DNA of 64,000 nucleotides from contig CAVXJS010000019.1 of NCBI GenBank assembly GCA_963762145.1, positions 256,001 to 320,000 on the forward strand. The letters are read 5' to 3'. Positions 19,077 through 27,823 of the stretch are shown piece after piece. Under the pieces are notes generated by a model. The model was not told the DNA's origin and ran no database searches. It saw only the letters and a list, made by a program, of their open reading frames with translations. Every line of letters starts with the position of its first letter. Positions within the stretch are counted from its first letter, which is position 1. The stretch is from an uncultured Candidatus Rokubacteria bacterium (GTDB lineage Bacteria > Methylomirabilota > Methylomirabilia > Rokubacteriales > CSP1-6). The translations under genes were made by a program, and so were the position numbers.

Positions 19077-21539
19077 CTACAGCCCGTTGATCGTGACCTT
19101 GGTCGTGGCGCCGTCCACGCGGATGAGCGCCGCGTTCGGAGCGAGGTTGACGGTCCCGAGGCCACCGTTCTTGATTGCGCCGGTGATGCTCACGTTGCTC
19201 GCCAGCGCGCCGCCGGTCAGGCTGACCGGGATGCCGCCGATGGTGGTGCAGGGGCAGAAGCTGTTGGTCACCGAGACCAGGTTGCCGCCGCTGCCGCCGA
19301 AGCCGATCAGCGCGCCGGTCACGTTCAGCATCGAGCCGCCACTGAGGCTGACGAGGGGCCCGCTCAGCAGATTGAGCGAGCTGCCGTTGGTGAGACTGAA
19401 GAGGTTGCCCGTGACCCGGAGCACGCTGCCGCCCGCGAGGCTCAGCGCGGCGCCCCGGCCGACCGTGAGAGCACTGCGATCGAGCGCCACCACCGAGCCA
19501 AGGCTCGTGACCTTGGCCTGGTAGGAGAGGTTCACGGTGTCGGCCGCGGTGGTCAGCTTGCTGCCGTTCCGGAGCACGAGGAGGGGCGCGCTCGCCTCGA
19601 GCAGGGCGTTGTCCACACGCACGGCCTGGGTGGCCGTCACGGTGGCATTGGAGGCATCGAGGAGCGAGCCCGCATGCAGGAGCGGGCGGTGCGTGCCGAG
19701 CGTGAGGCCGGTCTCCGCATCCGGCGCCGCGGTCGTGCCGTAGAGGTCGAACATCGGGACGCCCGCGCCGCCGAAGGTGTAGACGCCCCCGTCGAAGCGG
19801 GCGAGCGGATCGGTCGAGGACGTGGTCAGGACTCCGCCCTGCATCACGGCCAGCAGGCTCCACGGCACGGTCAGGTTGCTATCGGTCGCGTGCAGCAGCG
19901 GGCCGGCCAGCGTGGCCCGCCCGTCGCAGCAGACCACCATGAGGGAGTCGAAGGTCTGGGTCGCGTTCTGGAGCTGCAGCAGCGGGTCGGTGCCGTTGCG
20001 GACCAGGCTGTCGCCGCGGCGGAGGAAGTAGAGCGGGGGATCCTGTCCGACCGCCGCCGCGTCAACCAGGGCGGCCGAGTCGATGATGGTGTCGCTCCGG
20101 TCGAAGACGTCGAAGCTCAGCGTGGCAGCCCCGGAAGTCTCCGGCACCCACTGTGTGTTCACCGTCTTGAAGCCGGTGCGCCCGTGGGAGCCCGAGGTCG
20201 AGAACCCGAGCGCCGTGGTCACCTCATTCGAGGTGACGAAGGTGGACGCTAGGCGGGTCTCCTGCGCGAGCTGGGTGATGGTGCCGGAGGGGCTGGTCAC
20301 GAGCGCCCGGAAGATGTCGTCGACCTGCTGCGTCGGGAACTCGTTGGTGATGAAGTTGTAGTTGACCTGGACCGTGTAGAGGCTGCCACCCGTGACGTTG
20401 AATGCCTGGGATACGCGGCCACCCTGGGTTACGCCCTGGGGCGGGGACGGGAACAGGGGGTTGTTGAGCGCCGGCAGCGCGCCCGTGCCCGTGTGGATCA
20501 GGGCCATGCTCTGGCCCTCGGGTGGCGTGATGGAGCCGAGGCTCGAGACAACGCCGCCGCCGCCGCTCAGCGTCCAGCCCGTCAGACCGGACTCGAACCC
20601 GGGATTGACCAGCACGTTGCTCTTCGGTCCACCACCGGGAGGGGGATTGTTCGTGCCATCGCCCGGAGGAGGATTGTTCGGGGTAGGAGTTGTGCTGGTC
20701 GTCGTGGGCGTTCCCGGGATCTGGCCCGTCTTGAAGGGGTCTTCCGTGTCCGGGTTGACCGGGGCCACGTTGCCGGAGGTCGGGGGCTGAACCGTCGGAT
20801 TGGCGATCTGGAACGCGGAGACGGTCCCGGTCGTGACGAACTGGGCGACCTGCGTGGCTTGGCTCGCCTGCCCCTGCATCACCGCGTTCGTGACGTTCTC
20901 CGGCGCGGTGGCCGCGCGGGCGCTGGTCTGCACGTTCACGAAGCCGTTGGCCTCGGCCGCGGTAGCCGGCCGCTGCTGCCCGTTGGTGGAGAGCTGCCCG
21001 ACCGGGAGGGGAACCGTCGGTCCGGTCCCCTGCTGGTAGGTGCAATCGCCCGAGGCGCAGAAGGCGGTGGTGGTGCCGCTGCCCGGGGTGCCGGCGGCGG
21101 CCCCGCGGAACTCGACGGCGAGGATGCTGCCGCGCACCGCGGCCACCGCGTTCGGGGTGCGGATCTCGATGGACTCGCCCGGGCGCATCCGCTGCTTGGC
21201 GACGGCGAGGACCACCTTGCCGTCGGGCAGCGTGACGATGGCGCGCCCCGGCTCCTCGCTGATCGTGACCTGGGAGAGCTCGCGCACCGTGAGAATGGCC
21301 TTGCCGCCCAGCAGCACGCGCACGAGGGAATTCTCCTGCGTGCTGATGCGGTCGCGTCCGAACACGTCGTCCTTGAACTTGAGCGCGAGCGGGCTCGGAA
21401 GCGCCGGACGAGCCACGGTGGCGCGGCCGTCGATCGTCGTGACGATGCCGACGGACTCCGAGGTCTGCGCCGCGACGGGAGGCGGAAGGAATGATGCTGC
21501 CATCGCTGCCGCCGCCGCCATCCACGTCCACCGTCTCAT
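19077..21539 (-). CDS. Secreted FecR-domain protein with Pro/Thr linker, carbohydrate-binding-like domain and beta-solenoid-like C-terminus (paralog 2)
   Basis: Start MRRWTW at 21539 with SD GGAGG; LKFKDDVFGRDRIST...EIRTPNAVAAVRGS; NVLVNPGFESGLTGW domain. Confidence 0.8.
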   Translation of the reverse strand: MRRWTWMAAAAAMAASFLPPPVAAQTSESVGIVTTIDGRATVARPALPSPLALKFKDDVFGRDRISTQENSLVRVLLGGKAILTVRELSQVTISEEPGRAIVTLPDGKVVLAVAKQRMRPGESIEIRTPNAVAAVRGSILAVEFRGAAAGTPGSGTTTAFCASGDCTYQQGTGPTVPLPVGQLSTNGQQRPATAAEANGFVNVQTSARAATAPENVTNAVMQGQASQATQVAQFVTTGTVSAFQIANPTVQPPTSGNVAPVNPDTEDPFKTGQIPGTPTTTSTTPTPNNPPPGDGTNNPPPGGGPKSNVLVNPGFESGLTGWTLSGGGGVVSSLGSITPPEGQSMALIHTGTGALPALNNPLFPSPPQGVTQGGRVSQAFNVTGGSLYTVQVNYNFITNEFPTQQVDDIFRALVTSPSGTITQLAQETRLASTFVTSNEVTTALGFSTSGSHGRTGFKTVNTQWVPETSGAATLSFDVFDRSDTIIDSAALVDAAAVGQDPPLYFLRRGDSLVRNGTDPLLQLQNATQTFDSLMVVCCDGRATLAGPLLHATDSNLTVPWSLLAVMQGGVLTTSSTDPLARFDGGVYTFGGAGVPMFDLYGTTAAPDAETGLTLGTHRPLLHAGSLLDASNATVTATQAVRVDNALLEASAPLLVLRNGSKLTTAADTVNLSYQAKVTSLGSVVALDRSALTVGRGAALSLAGGSVLRVTGNLFSLTNGSSLNLLSGPLVSLSGGSMLNVTGALIGFGGSGGNLVSVTNSFCPCTTIGGIPVSLTGGALASNVSITGAIKNGGLGTVNLAPNAALIRVDGATTKVTINGL

Positions 21540-21750
21540 CGTGTGAGCCTCCGTGTTTTTGCTCGTGAGCGAGTGCCTGATTATGCGTTCAGCGGGGACC
21601 CGGTGCAAGAGGGAGCGACGCGAAAATCGCTTTCCGCACGAGGGCTCCGTCAACGCGTGGACATCGCGCACATGTTGCGCTCCGCTCGTGGCTCGCGCGG
21701 GCAGTTGTGACTCGCGCGGTGGTATAGTCGGAGGCTGAGCGCGACCATCC

Positions 21751-22230
21751 ATGTTCGACATCGGCCTCCAGGAGCTGGCTCTCATCTTCGTGATCGCCCT
21801 GCTCGTGTTCGGCCCCAAGAACCTTCCCCAGCTCGGCCGCTCGCTCGGCCGGGCCATGCGTGAGTTCCGGCGGGCCAGCGACGAGTTCCGGTCCACGATC
21901 GAGACCAATCTCAAGATCAACGAGCTGGACCCCCTGCCGGATCCCACGCCCGCCGCCTCCACCTCTGCCGATCTCGTGACCGAGCCGGCGGCGACGACGG
22001 AGGCTCTGCCGGAGTCGGTCCTGAACCCTCACGAGCCGACGGCCGTCGTCGTCCCGGAAGGGGAGAACTACCTGGCCCAGCGCAGCGCCAAGCTCTTCCA
22101 CGGGCGTGACTGCAGCTGGGCCCGGCGGATCGCCGAGCCCGAGCGCGTCTACTTCAAGCGGGTGAGCGAGGCCCGCGAGGCCGGCTACGCGGCCTGCCCA
22201 GTCTGTGAGCCCTGGGAGCCGGCCGGCTGA
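21751..22230 (+). CDS. TatA/TatB-family translocase subunit with C-terminal Ada-like Zn-binding domain
   Basis: MFDIGLQELALIFVIALLVFGPKNLPQLGRSLGRAMREFRRA; C-terminal FHGRDC...EAREAGYAACPVCEP. Confidence 0.85.
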   Translation: MFDIGLQELALIFVIALLVFGPKNLPQLGRSLGRAMREFRRASDEFRSTIETNLKINELDPLPDPTPAASTSADLVTEPAATTEALPESVLNPHEPTAVVVPEGENYLAQRSAKLFHGRDCSWARRIAEPERVYFKRVSEAREAGYAACPVCEPWEPAG

Positions 22231-22255
22231 CCCCCCCTTTTTTTGCTTGTCCAAC

Positions 22256-22269
22256 TCAACGGGTGTTGA
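22256..22269. promoter_or_regulatory. Inverted repeat TCAAC-N4-GTTGA in the lexA promoter spacer (candidate SOS box)
   Basis: TCAACGGGTGTTGA between -35-like TTGTCC (22247-22252) and -10-like TATCAT (22271-22276). Confidence 0.6.
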
Positions 22270-22315
22270 CTATCATCTGTTGAGCCACAGCCAGAGGCCA
22301 GGGGAGGAGACCAGG

Positions 22316-22951
22316 GTGAAGGAGATGACGGATCGGCAGCGCGAGGTTCTGGAGTTCATCCGGATCTTCGGGGAGCGGCACGGCGTGCCGCCCACCGTCC
22401 GTGAGATCGGAGAGCGCTTCCACTTCACGGCGCGCGCGGCCTTCGACCACCTTCGGGCGCTGGAGCGCAAGGGCATGCTGGAGCGCCGGGTGACCGGCAA
22501 GCGCGCCTCCCGGACCCTCGTGCTCCCCGCGCACAAGGGGGCCCGCCGGGGGGACGCGACGGTCCCCGGCATTCCCGTGCTCGGCCGCATCGCGGCGGGC
22601 GCCCCGATCACCGCGGTGGAGAACCACGAGGACACGATCCCGCTGCGGGCGGACTGGCTCGGCGCGGGCGGTCTGGAGGTGTTCGCGCTCCGGGTGCGCG
22701 GAGACAGCATGATCCAGGCGCACATCGTGGACGGAGATCTGGTCCTCGTGCGCAAGCAGGAGACGGCGGGAAGCGGCGACATCGTCGCGGCCATGCTGGA
22801 CGGCGAGGCCACCGTGAAGCGCTTCGCCCGGGAGGACGGCGCGGTGGTGCTGCACCCGGAGCATCCGACGATGAAGCCGATTGTGGTGGAGGCCGGGCGC
22901 GGCGACTTCCGCATTCTCGGCAAGGTCGTCGGCATCATGCGGCAGATCTGA
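22316..22951 (+). CDS. lexA: SOS repressor LexA
   Basis: MTDRQREVLEFI...PPTVREIG; RIAAG cleavage site; GDSM Ser and ATVKR Lys; SD GAGGAG before GTG 22316. Confidence 0.95.
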   Translation: MKEMTDRQREVLEFIRIFGERHGVPPTVREIGERFHFTARAAFDHLRALERKGMLERRVTGKRASRTLVLPAHKGARRGDATVPGIPVLGRIAAGAPITAVENHEDTIPLRADWLGAGGLEVFALRVRGDSMIQAHIVDGDLVLVRKQETAGSGDIVAAMLDGEATVKRFAREDGAVVLHPEHPTMKPIVVEAGRGDFRILGKVVGIMRQI

Positions 22952-22978
22952 GCGGCAGATCCGAAAGGAGCAGGGACC

Positions 22979-23242
22979 ATGCGGCGGGTAGCGGTGATGG
23001 CGATACGGAGCAGGAAGCGGCGGCCGATCACGCGCCGGGACTGGAAGTCCGACTGGCGGCGCGACGTGCGGCGCCGGGTGTGGATCGGTTCGCGCGCGCG
23101 GGCCAGCGCGACGCGGCCCCTTTTTTTCGCCTTGAAGACTCAACAGGTGGCGACGCTTCGTCCGGTCGATCTCCTGGGCGCGGCGGCCATGCTGCTGGGC
23201 GTGGCGTCGTGGGGCGTGCTGGCTGCGCTGCTGGGAAGCTGA
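22979..23242 (+). CDS. Small basic protein with C-terminal TM helix, downstream of lexA
   Basis: SD AAGGAG; Arg-rich N-terminus and hydrophobic C-terminus. Confidence 0.55.
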   Translation: MRRVAVMAIRSRKRRPITRRDWKSDWRRDVRRRVWIGSRARASATRPLFFALKTQQVATLRPVDLLGAAAMLLGVASWGVLAALLGS

Positions 23243-23255
23243 CGCGGAGCCGGAT

Positions 23256-25184
23256 TCAGGCGCGATCCGGCCGGTCCCAGGGCCGGACCGCGATGAAGAT
23301 CTGGAGCAGATCGCCGTCGAGCGCGCCTGCCTTGCGCTCCTGGCCCAGGATGTCGAGCGCGCGCTCTACCGGGACCGCGGGCTTGTAGGGCCGGTCGCGT
23401 GAGGTGAGCGCGTCGAAGATGTCGGAGATGGTCATCATGCGCGTCTGCACCGAGATGTCCGGGGCGCGCCAGCCATCCGGGTAGCCGCCACCGTTCAGCT
23501 TCTCGTGATGCGAGCGCGCGATCTCCGGTACGCGCCGGAGCTCCTTGGTCCACGGGATCTGCCTCAGGAACTGATAGGTGTGCACGACGTGGGACTGGAT
23601 CTGCTCGTACTCCTCGGCAGTCAGGCTCCCCCGGGGGATGGCCAGGATGCGGGCCTCTTCCGGCGTGATCAGCGTCAGCGAGTCGCCCAGATGATCCGGA
23701 TAGGCGTGCACGGCCAGGTCACGGATCGAGGCGGAGACGTCGTCGGGCATCACGGTGGGCTCGTTGGCCGCCGCGACCGCCTTGAGATGCTGGTCGATGT
23801 CGGCGAGCGCGGCGGCCAGCTCGGCGTCCCACTCCGCGGAGCGATTGGCGAAGCCCTCGCGGCCGTGCAGGAGCAGCCAGTCCATCTTGCGGCGCGCGTG
23901 GAGCAGCTCGATACCGCGCCGGATGATCTCGCCGCGCTGCCGGATGATGTCGAGCTGGCCCACCGGCAGCTTCTTGGCCTTGACCAGCACTTCCTCGCGC
24001 ACGCCGACCTTGCCGAAGTCGTGGAGCAGCGAAGCGTAGCGGATCTCCTTCATCTCGTCGGCCGAGAAGCGGACGTCGCGGAAGGGACCGCCGTCCCGGT
24101 CCACCGCGGTGGCCAGCGCCACCGTGAAGTCGGCGACCCGGAAGGAGTGACCCGAGGTGGTCGGGTCGCGCGACTCGATCGCGGTGACCGAAGCCTGCAC
24201 GAACCCCTCGAACAGGGCCTGGATGGACTGGTAGAGGCGACTGTTCTCGAGGGCCACCGCGGCCTGCGAGGCGAGCGAGGTGGCGAGATCGCGGAAGCGC
24301 CGCGAGTAGGGCATCACCTGGGCCAGCGCGTCGGCGGGCGTCGCGAAGACCGCGCCGGAATCTCGCTTGCAGTTGATGAGCTGCAGCGCGCCGATGACCT
24401 TGCCCTGCGGCGTCGTCATCGGCACGACCAGCATGGACTTGGTGCGATAGCCGGACCGCTCGTCGAAGTCGCGGTTGACGCGGAACGGCGAGCCGGGCGG
24501 CAGGACGTAGGCGTCGTCGAGCTGCAGCACCACGCCGGTCAGCGCCACGTAGCCGGCCACGCTGGCGTCGTCGATCGGCAGGGTGAACTCGGTGAACGGC
24601 ACCCGGACCGAGTCGTTCTGGGCCAGCTTGAAGCGCAGGCGCGCGGTGCCGTCGGCTGCGTCCTCCACCACGTAGAGCGACCCGGCATCGCTATGGGTGA
24701 TCGCGCGGGCCTTGGTCAGGATCAGGCTGAGGAGGGCGTCGGTGTCGCGCTCGGCGGAGAGCCCGACGCCGATCTCGTTGAGCTCCTGCAGCTCGCGGCG
24801 ACCCGCGGCGGCCTCCCGCCGGGCCGCCGCGTGGTCGCACGCGTTGCGGAGGGCGGCGGCGAGCACCGCGGGGGCGGCCGGCTTGCCGAGGTAGGCGTAG
24901 CACGAGACGGCCGGCGTGGCGTCGGAGGCGACCAGGGCGACCACCGGTAGGTCGGGCGCCTCGGCGGCCAGGCGCGCCGCGACCGGCGCGTCCGCGGTCA
25001 GGTCCACGAGCGCCACCGCGGACTCCTCCGGCGCGGCCGGCGGGGCGCCCGTCGAGGGCAGGGGCAGCGCCTCGAGATCGCCGGGGAGTGCGGAGAGCAG
25101 GGTAGCTGCCGGGGAACCCGCCGGGTACCAGACCACTCGGCGTGGCATGTATCGAGGGTAGGACCCCCCTCGGCGGCGTGTCAA
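23256..25184 (-). CDS. GAF plus HD-GYP phosphodiesterase with a degenerate receiver-like N-terminus (start may be 25148)
   Basis: NxFD-type GAF (NRDFDERSGYRTKSML); TSGHSFRV, LHDFGK, HHEKLNGGGYP, FDALTSRDRPYK. Confidence 0.9.
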   Translation of the reverse strand: MTRRRGGSYPRYMPRRVVWYPAGSPAATLLSALPGDLEALPLPSTGAPPAAPEESAVALVDLTADAPVAARLAAEAPDLPVVALVASDATPAVSCYAYLGKPAAPAVLAAALRNACDHAAARREAAAGRRELQELNEIGVGLSAERDTDALLSLILTKARAITHSDAGSLYVVEDAADGTARLRFKLAQNDSVRVPFTEFTLPIDDASVAGYVALTGVVLQLDDAYVLPPGSPFRVNRDFDERSGYRTKSMLVVPMTTPQGKVIGALQLINCKRDSGAVFATPADALAQVMPYSRRFRDLATSLASQAAVALENSRLYQSIQALFEGFVQASVTAIESRDPTTSGHSFRVADFTVALATAVDRDGGPFRDVRFSADEMKEIRYASLLHDFGKVGVREEVLVKAKKLPVGQLDIIRQRGEIIRRGIELLHARRKMDWLLLHGREGFANRSAEWDAELAAALADIDQHLKAVAAANEPTVMPDDVSASIRDLAVHAYPDHLGDSLTLITPEEARILAIPRGSLTAEEYEQIQSHVVHTYQFLRQIPWTKELRRVPEIARSHHEKLNGGGYPDGWRAPDISVQTRMMTISDIFDALTSRDRPYKPAVPVERALDILGQERKAGALDGDLLQIFIAVRPWDRPDRA

Positions 25185-25236
25185 GCAACCCGACGGCTTG
25201 ACCGTCTCCCGCCCGGGTCGGTAAGATCACCCGGCC

Positions 25237-26121
25237 ATGACCACGCGCGTATCCACGGGTAATTCCAGGCTGGACGAGATGCTGGGCGGCGGGCTGCTCC
25301 CGGGCACCCTGATGGTCGTGTACGGGGCCACCGGCATCGGCAAGACCCACCTGGGCCTGGGTTTCTGCGATCACGGCGCCCGGGCGGATGGGGCCCGCGG
25401 CATCGTCTTCGACATGAACGTCCGCGGCGACTCCCAGCAGCACCACGCCTACGCCGCCCGGCTGCACGACTGGGATCTCAAGCGCTGGACCCACTCGGTG
25501 CTGCCCATGGCGGAGCCGTTTCCTTCCGCCGAGCAGATGCAGGCCTTCTACTGCGACGCGCTGCCGTGGGTCGGCAAGCTGCGCGACTATCAGGTCGCCA
25601 GCGGGGACGGGGTCGAATTCGACTGGAACTGGAAGGCCCAGTACAACCAGGCCCTCTACACCGTGCGGCCCTTCGTGTACTTCCATCTCGGGGCGGGAAG
25701 CCGGCGCATCGTGGTGGACGGCGTCGAGCCGATGGACGTGCCGGGCGACTACATCCAGCCCTACATCTTCGACGACCTGTACCGGAAGACCATCCACCGC
25801 GACAGCGAGACGCTCGGGATGGAGATCTGCATGCCGGTGTGGAAGCACCGCGCCTTCATCGACGCGCACCGCTACGACCACGCCGCGGTGACCACGATGC
25901 TCCTGGTGACCACCGAGGAGACCCAGCTCGAGCACCTCATCGCCCGCAAGGTCGCGGCGGGCGATATCGGCGCGGTGGCCAATACCATCCTGGTGATGGG
26001 CAGCGAGCGCGTCGGCAACCGCCTCGCGCGGATGCTCTGCGTGGTCAAGCACCGGGGGAGCGCCAAGAGCGACGAGATCACCGAGTACCGCGTCACCGAG
26101 CGGGGCTTCGAGCTGGGCTGA
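25237..26121 (+). CDS. Single-domain KaiC/RAD55-like RecA-superfamily ATPase
   Basis: STGNSRLDEMLGGGL, Walker A GATGIGKT, Walker B IVVDG, C-terminal VVKHRGS. Confidence 0.85.
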   Translation: MTTRVSTGNSRLDEMLGGGLLPGTLMVVYGATGIGKTHLGLGFCDHGARADGARGIVFDMNVRGDSQQHHAYAARLHDWDLKRWTHSVLPMAEPFPSAEQMQAFYCDALPWVGKLRDYQVASGDGVEFDWNWKAQYNQALYTVRPFVYFHLGAGSRRIVVDGVEPMDVPGDYIQPYIFDDLYRKTIHRDSETLGMEICMPVWKHRAFIDAHRYDHAAVTTMLLVTTEETQLEHLIARKVAAGDIGAVANTILVMGSERVGNRLARMLCVVKHRGSAKSDEITEYRVTERGFELG

Positions 26122-26126
26122 GCCGC

Positions 26127-26972
26127 ATGGACCAGGCCGCGCTGCTCCGGCGTCGGCGCCTCAACTTTCGCCAGCTGCCATCTCGCCGCGTGCGCTCCGC
26201 GCGGAGCGCCCTTGCCTTCGTGGAGACGGTGGGCCTCTGCTCGACGTTCCATCGCTTCCCGGAGGGCCTGGGCTGCCTCTGGGAGGCGGTGGTGGGGCGG
26301 GCCGCGCCGCGCTGGCCGCGCCGCTCGCATCACGACGACGGCATCGGCCTGACCTGGGAGCTGAAGGACGTGCTGCCCGCGCGGCGGCAGGTGTACTACG
26401 GCAAGCTCGTGAAGGGCCGGCCGCTGCTGGTGGCGCTCGATCTGTTCCCGGCCTTCTACGCCCTCGTGCGCGGCGCGCAACGGGCGAGCGCCTACCGCAA
26501 AGAATACGAGGCGGGCCGCCTCTCGCTCAACGCCAAGCGCATCATGGACAGCCTGGTGCGCGAGTCGCCGCAGTACACGCGAGGCATCCGCGCGGAGTGC
26601 TTCATGCTCGAGCCGGGCAAGACGCGCGAGTTCGAGCGGGCCATGGGCGAGCTCCAGCAGGGGCTCTGGATCGTGAAGACGGAGGAGCGCTACGAGCCGA
26701 CCTTCTCGTACCGATGGGACCTGCTCGAGCGGTGGCTGCCCGAGGTGGTCGCGGAGGGCCGGCGCCTGCGCCGCCCGGCCGCGCTCGAGCGGCTGCTCTC
26801 GCGTTATCTCGCCGGCGCGGTGTACTCGACGCCGGCGCTGCTCGCGCGCCTCTTCGGGGTCCCGCGTCGCGAGGTGGAGACGGCCCTGGCGGCCCTCGTG
26901 CGGGCGGGCCGCGTGAGCGCGCCCCGCGAGGTGACGGGCTGGTCCGGCCGGTGGGTGGTGAGCCTCGTCTGA
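26127..26972 (+). CDS. AlkZ/YcaQ-related winged-helix protein (putative DNA crosslink repair family)
   Basis: ALAFVETVGLC, LWEAV, WELKD, VYYGKLVKGRP pattern; ATG 6 nt after the ATPase stop. Confidence 0.6.
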   Translation: MDQAALLRRRRLNFRQLPSRRVRSARSALAFVETVGLCSTFHRFPEGLGCLWEAVVGRAAPRWPRRSHHDDGIGLTWELKDVLPARRQVYYGKLVKGRPLLVALDLFPAFYALVRGAQRASAYRKEYEAGRLSLNAKRIMDSLVRESPQYTRGIRAECFMLEPGKTREFERAMGELQQGLWIVKTEERYEPTFSYRWDLLERWLPEVVAEGRRLRRPAALERLLSRYLAGAVYSTPALLARLFGVPRREVETALAALVRAGRVSAPREVTGWSGRWVVSLV

Positions 26973-27823
26973 TGGCGTCGCCGCCGCCCGGCTTCCGGTA
27001 CATCGACGTCCACACCCACCTGCATCCCGAGTGGCTCTCGGCCGCGATCCGCCGCTGGTTCGTGGGCCGGCCGGGCTGGGACTTCCAGTACGGGACCGAG
27101 CCGGAGTGGGTCGCGCGCTTCCTCGCCGAGCAGGGCGTGGAGCGCTTCGTCTACTTCTCCTACGCCCACAAGCCCGGCCTCGCCCGCGAGCTCAACGCGT
27201 GGCTCCAGGAGACGGCCCGGCGGCTGCCCACCGGCCTGCCGCTGGGCACGGTGCACCCGGGCGATCCCGACGTGGTCGACGTGGCCCGGGAGGCGCTCGA
27301 CGACCACGGCTTCAAGGGCTTCAAGTTCCACATCAACGTGCAGCGCTTCCATCCGGACGATCCGCGCATCCTGCCGGTCTACGAGCTCCTGCTGGCGCGG
27401 GGGGCGGTGCTCCTGATCCACGTGGGCAGCGCGCCCTGGCCCAACGAGTACGACGGATTTCCGCGCTTCGAGCGGGTGATGAACATGTTCCCGGAGCTCA
27501 AGGTGATCGTGGCCCACATGGGCCAGTTCGAGACGCGCCGGCATCTCGAGCTGATGGAGCGGTGCCCCAACATGTATCTCGACACGACCGCCGCGATGGC
27601 CCCCCACAGCGCGATCTACCGGGAGGGGCACGGCGCGAGCGCCGCCGACGTCACCGACGCCGATCTCGTGCGCTGGCAGGATCGCATCCTGTTCGGGAGC
27701 GACTTCCCCAACACGCCCCACAGCTACGAGGACGAGCGCCGGCCGATCTGGGAGCGGGCGGTGCCCGAGACGGTTCACCGCAAGATCTTCCACGACAACG
27801 CCCAGCGGCTGCTCGGGCTCTAG
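26972..27823 (+). CDS. Amidohydrolase_2 family metal-dependent hydrolase
   Basis: IDVHTH, GFKFH, IHVG, VAHMG, LFGSDFP; TGATG overlap. Confidence 0.9.
   Translation: MASPPPGFRYIDVHTHLHPEWLSAAIRRWFVGRPGWDFQYGTEPEWVARFLAEQGVERFVYFSYAHKPGLARELNAWLQETARRLPTGLPLGTVHPGDPDVVDVAREALDDHGFKGFKFHINVQRFHPDDPRILPVYELLLARGAVLLIHVGSAPWPNEYDGFPRFERVMNMFPELKVIVAHMGQFETRRHLELMERCPNMYLDTTAAMAPHSAIYREGHGASAADVTDADLVRWQDRILFGSDFPNTPHSYEDERRPIWERAVPETVHRKIFHDNAQRLLGL

Noticed and set aside
21540-21750. Sigma54 promoter for FecR paralog 2
   Set aside because: The best minus-strand match has TTGC but lacks the invariant GG at -24
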